Below, in pieces: positions 44,461-51,091 of a DNA stretch of 51,091 nt. A program made the position numbers and the translations under genes. Within the stretch, counting starts at the first letter, position 1; each line of letters starts with the position of its first letter. Source of the DNA: Candidatus Moranbacteria bacterium RIFCSPHIGHO2_01_FULL_55_24 (GTDB taxonomy: Bacteria > Patescibacteriota > Minisyncoccia > Moranbacterales > UBA1568); contig MFRW01000010.1 in the NCBI GenBank assembly GCA_001786575.1, forward strand, positions 1 through 51,091, given 5' to 3'. Below the pieces are notes generated by a model. That model ran no database searches, was not told where the DNA came from, and saw only the letters and a list, made by a program, of their open reading frames with translations.

Positions 44461-45893
44461 TCCGGGAACTCCACGAACAACTGAAGAGCGGTGCCATCAC
44501 TTCTGTCGGCCTGACGGAAGAGTATCTGAAACGCATCGAAGAGCATGACGGAGATATCCAGGCTTTCCTCTCCGTGACGCGCGAGGAGGCTTTGGCCGCC
44601 GCCAAAGCGGTGGATGAGAAGATCGCGCGCGGCGAGGAAATCGACCTTCTGGAAGGTATCCCGGGAGCTCTCAAAGACAACATCTCTCTGGCCGGAGTGC
44701 GTACCACTGCTGGTTCGCTTATTTTGGACAATTACATCGCTCCCTATGATGCGACGGTAGTAGAGAAGCTTCGGAACCGGGGAGCGGTGATCCTCGGCAA
44801 AACGAACATGGATGAATTCGCCATGGGCTCTTCTACGGAATCGAGCGCGTACCAGAAGACGAAGAATCCGAAAGATCTTTCCCGTGTCCCAGGCGGGTCA
44901 TCCGGGGGATCTGCCGCCGCGGTGGCAGGGGGTATGGCCGTCTGGTCTCTCGGTTCCGATACCGGAGGCTCTATCCGTCAGCCGGCAGCCTTCTGCGGCA
45001 TCGTCGGTCTCAAGCCGACCTATGGGCGCGTCTCACGCTCGGGACTCATCGCGATGGCATCGAGCCTGGATCAGATCGGGCCTTTCGGAAATAGCGTCGA
45101 AGATGTCGCTATCGTCTTTTCGCGCATCGCCGGGCACGACCGCTTGGATGCCACGACCGCCGAAGCGGCCCCGGACAAGCCTTTCGAAAACTATCTTTCC
45201 GGCGGCATCAAGGGCTTGCGGATCGGCATTCCCAAAGAATATTTCTCGGCGGATCTCGATCCGGGCATAAAGAAACTCGCCGAAGAGGCTTTGGAGAAAT
45301 TCCGGACGCTCGGGGCCGAAACCGTAGAGATTTCTCTTCCGCAGAGCGCATCCGCGCTTCCGGTGTATTACATCATCATGCCGGCGGAAGTCAGCTCGAA
45401 TCTCGCGCGCTTCGACGGCATCCGTTACGGGATGCGCGTGAATGATGCCAAAGAGCGGGAAGCGGGGAACAGTACGCTTCTCGAGACCTATCTCGATACC
45501 CGGGGCTACGGCTTCGGTACCGAAGTGAAGCGCCGCATCATGCTCGGGACCTATACGCTCTCGGCCGGATATTACGATACCTACTACGGAAAGGCCCAGA
45601 AAGTGCGCGCGCTCATCAAGGCTGATTTTGAAAAGGCGTTCGAGAGTGTCGACCTCATCTTTTCTCCGACGACTTCCGAAACCGCATTCCCGCTCGGTGC
45701 CAAATCCGCTGATCCGATCAAGATGTATCTCTCGGATATCTTCACTGTACCTGCGAATCTCGCCGGCGTGCCGGCCATTTCTTTCCCGATCGGCGAAGAA
45801 AGCGGTCTTCCGGTAGGCGGGCAGCTCATGGGGAAGTGGTTCGATGAAGAAACGCTCCTTCGCGCGGCCCACGCGTTCGAGACGAGCGCATAA
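44457..45893 (+). CDS. gatA: Asp/Glu-tRNA amidotransferase subunit A
   Basis: Amidase signature GGSSGGSAAAVA...GSDTGGSIRQPAAFCG. Confidence 0.95.
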   Translation: MIRELHEQLKSGAITSVGLTEEYLKRIEEHDGDIQAFLSVTREEALAAAKAVDEKIARGEEIDLLEGIPGALKDNISLAGVRTTAGSLILDNYIAPYDATVVEKLRNRGAVILGKTNMDEFAMGSSTESSAYQKTKNPKDLSRVPGGSSGGSAAAVAGGMAVWSLGSDTGGSIRQPAAFCGIVGLKPTYGRVSRSGLIAMASSLDQIGPFGNSVEDVAIVFSRIAGHDRLDATTAEAAPDKPFENYLSGGIKGLRIGIPKEYFSADLDPGIKKLAEEALEKFRTLGAETVEISLPQSASALPVYYIIMPAEVSSNLARFDGIRYGMRVNDAKEREAGNSTLLETYLDTRGYGFGTEVKRRIMLGTYTLSAGYYDTYYGKAQKVRALIKADFEKAFESVDLIFSPTTSETAFPLGAKSADPIKMYLSDIFTVPANLAGVPAISFPIGEESGLPVGGQLMGKWFDEETLLRAAHAFETSA

Positions 45894-45907
45894 AGAACAC
45901 AAACACT

Positions 45908-46441
45908 ATGGAGGTAGATCTCGGAATACTCGCAAGCAGACTCTTCTCAAGCATCGATGCGTTTCTCAACGACTCGCTTCTGTTCGCCTTTATCAAGTTC
46001 TTCCTTTTCGTCTACTGCGCGGTTCTTCTGGTGGATATCATTCTCTTGTTTCTCATGCGGGATGTCGCCGCGGATCTGAAGATGACTCTTCTCGGGGCGG
46101 AGCGGCCGCTCGTGAAGCGGAGCAAGGTGATCCGCCGCTGGGAAGCGATCCTCTCGAGATTGGAAAGCGGCAGCGAGTCGCAATACAAGGCGGCAGTGCT
46201 CGAAGCGGATGCCTTCGCGGACGAAATGCTCCGCAGTATGGGCTACAAAGGGGTCAATATGCGCGAGCGCCTGGACCAAGCCAAAGTATCTCAGCTGGAG
46301 TCCAAAGACAGCCTGGAGGCGGCTCATGCTGTCCGGAACCGCGTTATAAACGAAGAGAGCTTTACGCTTACCAAAGAGGAAACAGAGGCTTGTTTGAGCC
46401 AATATAGACGGTTTTTTGATGAAATCGAGCTTTTTTCATAG
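45908..46441 (+). CDS. hypothetical membrane-anchored protein (177 aa)
   Basis: One N-terminal TM segment and a helical C-terminal domain. No family recognised. Confidence 0.6.
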   Translation: MEVDLGILASRLFSSIDAFLNDSLLFAFIKFFLFVYCAVLLVDIILLFLMRDVAADLKMTLLGAERPLVKRSKVIRRWEAILSRLESGSESQYKAAVLEADAFADEMLRSMGYKGVNMRERLDQAKVSQLESKDSLEAAHAVRNRVINEESFTLTKEETEACLSQYRRFFDEIELFS

Positions 46442-46495
46442 CTGGCGCGCATTTCAATTGACATTCCTTCTGCTTTCTGTTACTCTACAGACACC

Positions 46496-46518
46496 AAAAA
46501 GCCCTCGGGGCTTTTTTT
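46496..46518 (+). terminator. intrinsic terminator
   Basis: AAAAAGCCC-TCG-GGGC followed by TTTTTTT. Confidence 0.8.
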
Positions 46519-46569
46519 AAGACCTTTGATTTTTCAAAAATCTAAGCGTAAAAACTGGCAGCTTCTTCT

Positions 46570-46758
46570 ATGAATAAGATTGTTGAGTTTCTCACAGAAG
46601 CCAAGGCGGAACTGCTCCGGGTGAATTGGCCGAAGCGGCAGGAGATTGTCCGCTATACGATGCTGGTAATCATCATCAGTCTCGTAGTAGCGATTTTTCT
46701 CGGTTCCCTCGACTATCTGTTCAGTTACCTTGTCGAAAATTTCCTTTTGACCCGATAA
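46570..46758 (+). CDS. secE: preprotein translocase subunit SecE
   Basis: 62 aa, a single C-terminal TM segment, E..KV.WP motif (ELLRVNWPKRQE). Position upstream of nusG. Confidence 0.88.
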   Translation: MNKIVEFLTEAKAELLRVNWPKRQEIVRYTMLVIIISLVVAIFLGSLDYLFSYLVENFLLTR

Positions 46759-46782
46759 TTTTACCGCATTAACGCTTTTTCT

Positions 46783-47328
46783 ATGGCAAAGCAGACCCAA
46801 CACCACGGACGAGCCTGGTACGTGCTCCATACGTACTCCGGATACGAGGACAATGTCGCTCGCAATCTGAAGCAGCGTATCGAATCCATGGATATGCAGG
46901 ATCTCATCTTCGATGTCCTCGTACCGAAAGAGAAGAAGATCAAGATCAAGGCCGGCAAGCGCGTCGTCGTCGAGGAGCGCATCTACCCCGGCTATGTGCT
47001 GGTGGATATGATCGTGACGGATGCTTCCTGGTACGTGGTGCGGAATACCCCTAACGTGACGGGCTTCATCGGCCTCGGTACGACTCCGACTCCGATCGAC
47101 TCGGCCGAGATCGAAGGCCTGAAGAAACGCATGGGTGTCGCGGAACCGAAATACAAAATCGATGTCCGTGTGGGCGACAATGTGAAGATCGCAGACGGCC
47201 CGTTCAAGGATTTCGACGGCAAGATCCAGGAAATCGACGAAGAGAAAGGCAAGATCAAGGTACTCGTGTCTATTTTCGGACGCGAGACGCCTGTGGAACT
47301 GGACTTCCTCCAGGTACGGAAAGTGTAG
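46783..47328 (+). CDS. nusG: transcription termination/antitermination factor NusG
   Basis: WYVLHTYSGYE NGN domain and KOW motif GDNVKIADGPFKDFDGKI. Confidence 0.95.
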   Translation: MAKQTQHHGRAWYVLHTYSGYEDNVARNLKQRIESMDMQDLIFDVLVPKEKKIKIKAGKRVVVEERIYPGYVLVDMIVTDASWYVVRNTPNVTGFIGLGTTPTPIDSAEIEGLKKRMGVAEPKYKIDVRVGDNVKIADGPFKDFDGKIQEIDEEKGKIKVLVSIFGRETPVELDFLQVRKV

Positions 47329-47386
47329 TAATCTATTTTAAACCAAAGCGAGATATCCGAAGCTTCTTATCCCGCTCGAGACAATT

Positions 47387-47809
47387 ATGGCAAAGGCAAT
47401 CAAGACAGTCATCAAGCTCCAGATCCCGGCTGGCAAAGCCAATCCGGCTCCTCCGGTCGGTCCGGCACTCGGCCAGCACGGCTTGAACATCCAGGAATTC
47501 TGCACGCGCTTCAATGACGCGACCAAGGATCGCATGGGAGATATCATCCCGGCGGAAATCACCGTCTACGAAGACCGGACTTTCGACTTCATCCTCAAAA
47601 CTCCTCCAGCCTCCGACCTTCTGAAGAAAGCGGCCAAGGTGGAGAAGGGCGCAGGCAACCCGCTCAAGAACAAAGTCGGGAGCGTCACCCGCGACCAGGT
47701 CCGCGAGATCGCCGAGAAGAAGCTGGAAGATCTGAACGCGAATGATGTCGAAGCGGCGATGAAGATCATCGAAGGAACCGCTCGCTCGATGGGTATCAAG
47801 GTAGAGTAA
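47387..47809 (+). CDS. rplK: 50S ribosomal protein L11
   Basis: [26 protein letters not shown]. Confidence 0.96.
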   Translation: MAKAIKTVIKLQIPAGKANPAPPVGPALGQHGLNIQEFCTRFNDATKDRMGDIIPAEITVYEDRTFDFILKTPPASDLLKKAAKVEKGAGNPLKNKVGSVTRDQVREIAEKKLEDLNANDVEAAMKIIEGTARSMGIKVE

Positions 47810-47866
47810 ATAATCTAATTTGTGGCAGTCCGGGAGCAGGCGGACGCTAGGACCACGAACAAACGT

Positions 47867-48556
47867 ATGAAACATGGCAAGAAGTATCGCGCAGTCGTAG
47901 AGAAGATCGAAGCAGGGAAGGAATATACTCCCGAAGAAGCGTTTCAGTTCCTGACCGAGAACAAGATCGCGAAGTTCGATGAGGCCGTAGAAGTCCACGT
48001 GCGCGTCGGCGCGAACCCGAAGAAGTCCGACGAGATGGTGCGCTCAACCGCTGTCCTCCCGCACGGCACCGGACGCCTCCTCAAGGTGGCGGTGGTGACT
48101 GCGACCAAGGAAAAGGAAGCGAAGGAAGCGGAAGCCGATATCGTCGGCGGCGAAGAGCTGATCGAAGACATCAAGACGAACAAGGTGGTTCCCGGAACGG
48201 ATTTCCATATCCTCCTGGCGACCCCGGAAGTGATGCCGAAACTCGCTTCGATCGCGAAGATCCTTGGTCCGAAAGGCCTCATGCCATCGCCGAAGTCCGA
48301 GACGGTGACGCCGAAGATCAAGGAAACCGTCGAGATGCTCAAGAAGGGGAAAAAAGTGAGCTTCAAGAACGATGACACATCCAATATCCATCAGGTTATC
48401 GGCAAAGTCTCTTTCACGAAGGAACAGCTTCTCGAGAATTACGCCGCTTTCCGTGAGGCGCTCGACAAGGCCAAGCCGGAAGCCATGAAAGGCAAGCTGG
48501 TGCTCGCGATGTATTTTTCTTCCACCATGGGCCCAAGCCTCCCTATCAAGCTGTAA
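47867..48556 (+). CDS. rplA: 50S ribosomal protein L1
   Basis: MKHGKKYR N-terminus, VHVRVGANPKKSD and VLPHGTG blocks. An upstream in-frame GTG at 47822 is less likely. Confidence 0.93.
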   Translation: MKHGKKYRAVVEKIEAGKEYTPEEAFQFLTENKIAKFDEAVEVHVRVGANPKKSDEMVRSTAVLPHGTGRLLKVAVVTATKEKEAKEAEADIVGGEELIEDIKTNKVVPGTDFHILLATPEVMPKLASIAKILGPKGLMPSPKSETVTPKIKETVEMLKKGKKVSFKNDDTSNIHQVIGKVSFTKEQLLENYAAFREALDKAKPEAMKGKLVLAMYFSSTMGPSLPIKL

Positions 48557-48565
48557 TCAAGTACG

Positions 48566-48590
48566 GTCCGCCTCTTGGCGGACTGTTTTC
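48566..48590 (+). terminator. intrinsic terminator after rplA
   Basis: GTCCGCC-TCTT-GGCGGAC followed by TGTTTT. The stem sequence is the same as in the pseudo-tRNA palindromes. Confidence 0.75.
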
Positions 48591-48604
48591 GATAAAATAC
48601 ACCT

Positions 48605-49165
48605 ATGATTCTTTCAGATAGGGATATCATCAAGGAACAGAAGGCAGGGAACATCACCCTCAAGCCTTTCAAGAAAGAGTATGTCCAGCCGGCAAGCGTC
48701 GACCTGCACCTCGACAAGCATTTCCTCGTGTTCGATACGACCAGGAATTTCGTCATCGATCCGAAGACTCCGGCGAAGGGCCTCATGAAAGAAGTGGAGA
48801 TCAAGAGTGACGAAGCGTTCATCCTCCATCCGCAGGAATTCGCACTCGGCCTGATTCTGGAAGAGACCGGAGTATCGGACAAATTGGTAGGCCGTTTGGA
48901 AGGCAAGAGCTCGCTCGGCCGCCTAGGACTCATCATCCATACGACCGCCGGCTACCTGGATCCGGGCAATTCGCTCAAGATGACGCTCGAGCTCTACAAT
49001 GCCGGGAAGCTTCCGATCAAGCTCTACTACAAGATGCCGATCGGCCAGATGGCCTTCGAATACCTCTCCTCGTCCTGTGACCGGCCCTACGGCTCGAAAG
49101 GTCTCAACAGCAAGTACAAAGGCGACTCCAAGCCCCAAGCTTCCAAAATGCACCTGAATTTCTAG
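48605..49165 (+). CDS. dcd: dCTP deaminase
   Basis: MILSDRDI N-terminus, QPASVDLHL, EGKSSLGRLGL blocks. Confidence 0.9.
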   Translation: MILSDRDIIKEQKAGNITLKPFKKEYVQPASVDLHLDKHFLVFDTTRNFVIDPKTPAKGLMKEVEIKSDEAFILHPQEFALGLILEETGVSDKLVGRLEGKSSLGRLGLIIHTTAGYLDPGNSLKMTLELYNAGKLPIKLYYKMPIGQMAFEYLSSSCDRPYGSKGLNSKYKGDSKPQASKMHLNF

Positions 49166-49167
49166 AG

Positions 49168-49195
49168 AAAAGCCCCGGAAATGGGGCTTTTGCTT
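49168..49195 (+). terminator. intrinsic terminator after dcd
   Basis: AGCCCC-GGAAAT-GGGGCT followed by TTTGCTT. Confidence 0.7.
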
Positions 49196-49257
49196 CGGGA
49201 AGTGTTCTCTGCTAGGCTCTAATCAAGGATTTTTCTCAAAAAAAGAAGGAATAATCT

Positions 49258-50175
49258 ATGAAGCAGTACCTTGAACTTCTGGACCATATCATGACCGATG
49301 GCGCCGACAAGGGCGACCGGACCGGTACCGGCACGCGGAGCGTGTTCGGGTACCAGATGCGCTTCGATCTCTCGAAGGGTTTTCCGCTCATGACCACCAA
49401 GAAGATGCCGTGGAAGATGATCGCGCACGAGCTTCTCTGGTTCCTGGCAGGAAGCACCAATATCAAGTATCTGGTCGACAACGACGTGCACATCTGGGAC
49501 GACTGGCCTTTCAAGAGCTACCTGATGCAGAACAATCTCCCGGTACCGCAGCCGAATACTCCGGAATGGGAGGCGGGCATCAAGGAGTTCACTGATCGGA
49601 TCAAGGCAGACGCGGAATTCGCCGAGCAGTACGGCGAGCTCGGACCGGTCTACGGCTATCAGTGGCGTTCCTGGCCGGCACCGGATGGCCGGCGTATCGA
49701 CCAGATATCCGAAGTCATCGAACAGATCAAGAAATCTCCGAACTCCCGGCGTATGATCGTCTCGGCCTGGAACGTGGCCGATATCGAAGAGATGACGAAG
49801 TCAGGGCTCCCGCCGTGCCATTGTCTCTTCCAGTTCTATGTGGCTGAAGGCCGGCTTTCCTGTCTGCTTTACCAGCGGAGCTGCGACACATTTCTGGGAG
49901 TGCCGTTCAACATCGCATCGTACGCGCTCCTGACCCAGATGTTCGCGCAAGTCTGCGGCCTCAAGCCGGGCGAATTCATCTGGACCGGAGGAGACGTGCA
50001 TCTCTACAACAATCATTTCGATCAAGTAGAGACGCAGCTCGCTCGCGAGCCGCTGCCGCTTCCGACGCTCTGGATCAACCCGGAGGTGAAGGACATCTTT
50101 TCTTTCACAATCGATGACTTCCGGCTGGACAACTATCAGTCGCACCCAAGCATCAAAGCACCTATCGCGGTGTAA
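49258..50175 (+). CDS. thyA: thymidylate synthase (ThyA type)
   Basis: DRTGTGT, active-site [11 protein letters not shown], and DVHLYNNH blocks. Confidence 0.95.
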   Translation: MKQYLELLDHIMTDGADKGDRTGTGTRSVFGYQMRFDLSKGFPLMTTKKMPWKMIAHELLWFLAGSTNIKYLVDNDVHIWDDWPFKSYLMQNNLPVPQPNTPEWEAGIKEFTDRIKADAEFAEQYGELGPVYGYQWRSWPAPDGRRIDQISEVIEQIKKSPNSRRMIVSAWNVADIEEMTKSGLPPCHCLFQFYVAEGRLSCLLYQRSCDTFLGVPFNIASYALLTQMFAQVCGLKPGEFIWTGGDVHLYNNHFDQVETQLAREPLPLPTLWINPEVKDIFSFTIDDFRLDNYQSHPSIKAPIAV

Positions 50176-50180
50176 CTCCC

Positions 50181-50220
50181 ATCCCTCGTTTCTCTTTGAG
50201 ACGAGGGATTCTTTCTTTTT
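50181..50220 (+). terminator. intrinsic terminator after thyA
   Basis: ATCCCTCGT..ACGAGGGAT stem followed by TCTTTCTTTTT. Confidence 0.75.
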
Positions 50221-50241
50221 CCAACAAGCCTCTTTTGAAAC

Positions 50242-50673
50242 CCCATCCCAGAGCAACCCTCCAGGTCTCTCTCCGAAAACCCTTCGGCGAGCGACCTTCC
50301 TCATCCCTCTCGTTTCTCATCCCATCCCATCTCCGCAAACCCTTCGGCGAGCGACCTTTCCGAGAGACATTCGCTCTCTTCCAGCGGAGAGCTCATTCCG
50401 AAAAAATCTGATGACTCTTGCAGACAAGAGACCGAGCTCATCAGATTTTTTAGCCTCCCGGAAAAGATCCTCGCCGAAGGGTCTTTCGAAAAGAAAGAAA
50501 AGAGACTGGATTCTTTCTCTGTTTCCAAATCCCTCTCCAGAACCCTCCAGGGAGGCTTGGAAGGACGGAAAAGCATGGTCTTTTTCTTTCAGAAAAAGTT
50601 TTCCGTCCTGGAATGAAGTAAGCGAGCACGCCGGAGCGAGTGCACGTCTCCCTGGAGGGTTGCTGGAGATGGG
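50242..50673. repeat. ~430-bp repeat- and hairpin-rich insert bounded by imperfect ~23-nt inverted repeats
   Basis: Left end CCCATCCCAGAGCAACCCTCCAGG (50242-50265) and right end CCTGGAGGGTTGCTGGAGATGGG (50651-50673). Internal ~29-nt direct repeats lie at 50272-50300 and 50332-50361, with an inverted partial copy at 50469-50488. Confidence 0.6.
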
Positions 50674-50803
50674 ATTGCACAGATTTCGGAAAGAGACTGA
50701 TGGGGAAACAGTGAAGATTTGAGGCGAGCGAAGCTGGTGTCTAGGGAACAGGAACAACAAAATTATTTGGGAAATCCCTCGGAATAAGGTACATTAGAAA
50801 GGT

Positions 50804-51091
50804 ATGAATAAGCCAAGAATCAGCCTTATTGCGGCTCTCGCACGGTCGAATCGAGCGATCGGGAAGGACAACAGACTGCTCTGGAATATCCCGGCGGATT
50901 TGGCGCACTTCAAGGAAGTGACCTCGGGCCACCCGGTCATCATGGGAGAGAAAACATTCTATTCTATCGGGCGTCCTCTCCCGAACCGGACCAATATCGT
51001 CCTTTCGGACAACCCGGCTTTCACGGCTGCAGGAGTAGAGACAGCCGGATCGATCGAAGAGGCGCTTGCCCGAGCGGAAAGCGCTGATCAG
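50804..51091 (+). CDS. folA: dihydrofolate reductase, 5' partial (runs off the window)
   Basis: My own translation is MNKPRISLIAALARSNRAIGKDNRLLWNIPADLAHFKEVTSGHPVIMGEKTFYSIGRPLPNRTNIVLS, which is DHFR-typical. The frame stays open to the window end. SD-like AAAGG upstream. Confidence 0.88.
   Translation, partial: MNKPRISLIAALARSNRAIGKDNRLLWNIPADLAHFKEVTSGHPVIMGEKTFYSIGRPLPNRTNIVLSDNPAFTAAGVETAGSIEEALARAESADQ

Noticed and set aside
46458-46486. Promoter-like TTGACA-N17-TACTCT upstream of secE
   Set aside because: It lies immediately upstream of the terminator hairpin at 46496-46518, so transcripts from it would mostly terminate. It may be fortuitous, so it is not reported as a feature.
50272-50361. 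CRISPR-like array
   Set aside because: There are only two direct copies plus one inverted partial copy. The repeats are not separated by unique spacers of regular length, and no cas genes are in the window.
50114-50722. 202-aa plus-strand ORF (and 147-aa minus-strand ORF) in the thyA-folA spacer
   Set aside because: It starts inside thyA in another frame and runs through at least three terminator-grade hairpins and the direct repeats. The translation is low-complexity Ser/Pro/Arg-rich, and it has no SD.

Overview
GC-rich bacterial chromosomal segment. It starts inside a 16S rRNA gene that has no linked 23S. It then runs through about 52 CDS and 9 intact tRNA genes, and ends inside folA. Housekeeping genes recognised from their translations include valS, tsaD, recG, clpC-like, ligA, gatCA, secE-nusG-rplKA and dcd-thyA-folA. 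A complete type IV pilus cluster lies at 32.0-42.0 kb (pilMNO-like, pilB, pilT, pilC, two tandem pilins, pilD, three minor pilins). Gene content and style are consistent with a Patescibacteria/CPR-like organism; this is inference only. Near-consensus sigma70 promoters (TTGACA-N16/17-TAnnnT), AGGAGG Shine-Dalgarno sites and clean intrinsic terminators are readable throughout, which helps delimit transcription units. The unexplained signal is in the RNA-coding and non-coding space. (1) tRNA-His, tRNA-Lys and tRNA-Ser(UGA) are each preceded by a degenerate copy of their own 5' half, interrupted by the same 16-nt GC palindrome TCCGCCAGC(C/T)GGCGGA. tRNA-Ser(GCU) is followed by a tRNA-derived RNA carrying four perfect hairpins and an encoded CCA end. 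Further tRNA 3' fragments are scattered nearby. (2) Four unusually long non-coding stretches show promoter, terminator or strong hairpin structure: 6.0-6.8 kb, 12.0-12.4 kb, 13.6-14.1 kb and the 630-nt thyA-folA spacer. The 13.6-14.1 kb stretch has RNase P RNA-like motifs but no recognisable canonical P4 5' strand. (3) The tRNA-Arg set is GCG + UCG + CCG + UCU, with no ACG copy in this window. (4) Four small orphan ORFs with their own strong promoters sit directly beside tRNA genes. No integrase, transposase, CRISPR array or recognisable defence gene was seen. All RNA family assignments other than the tRNAs and 16S are tentative and need covariance-model searches.
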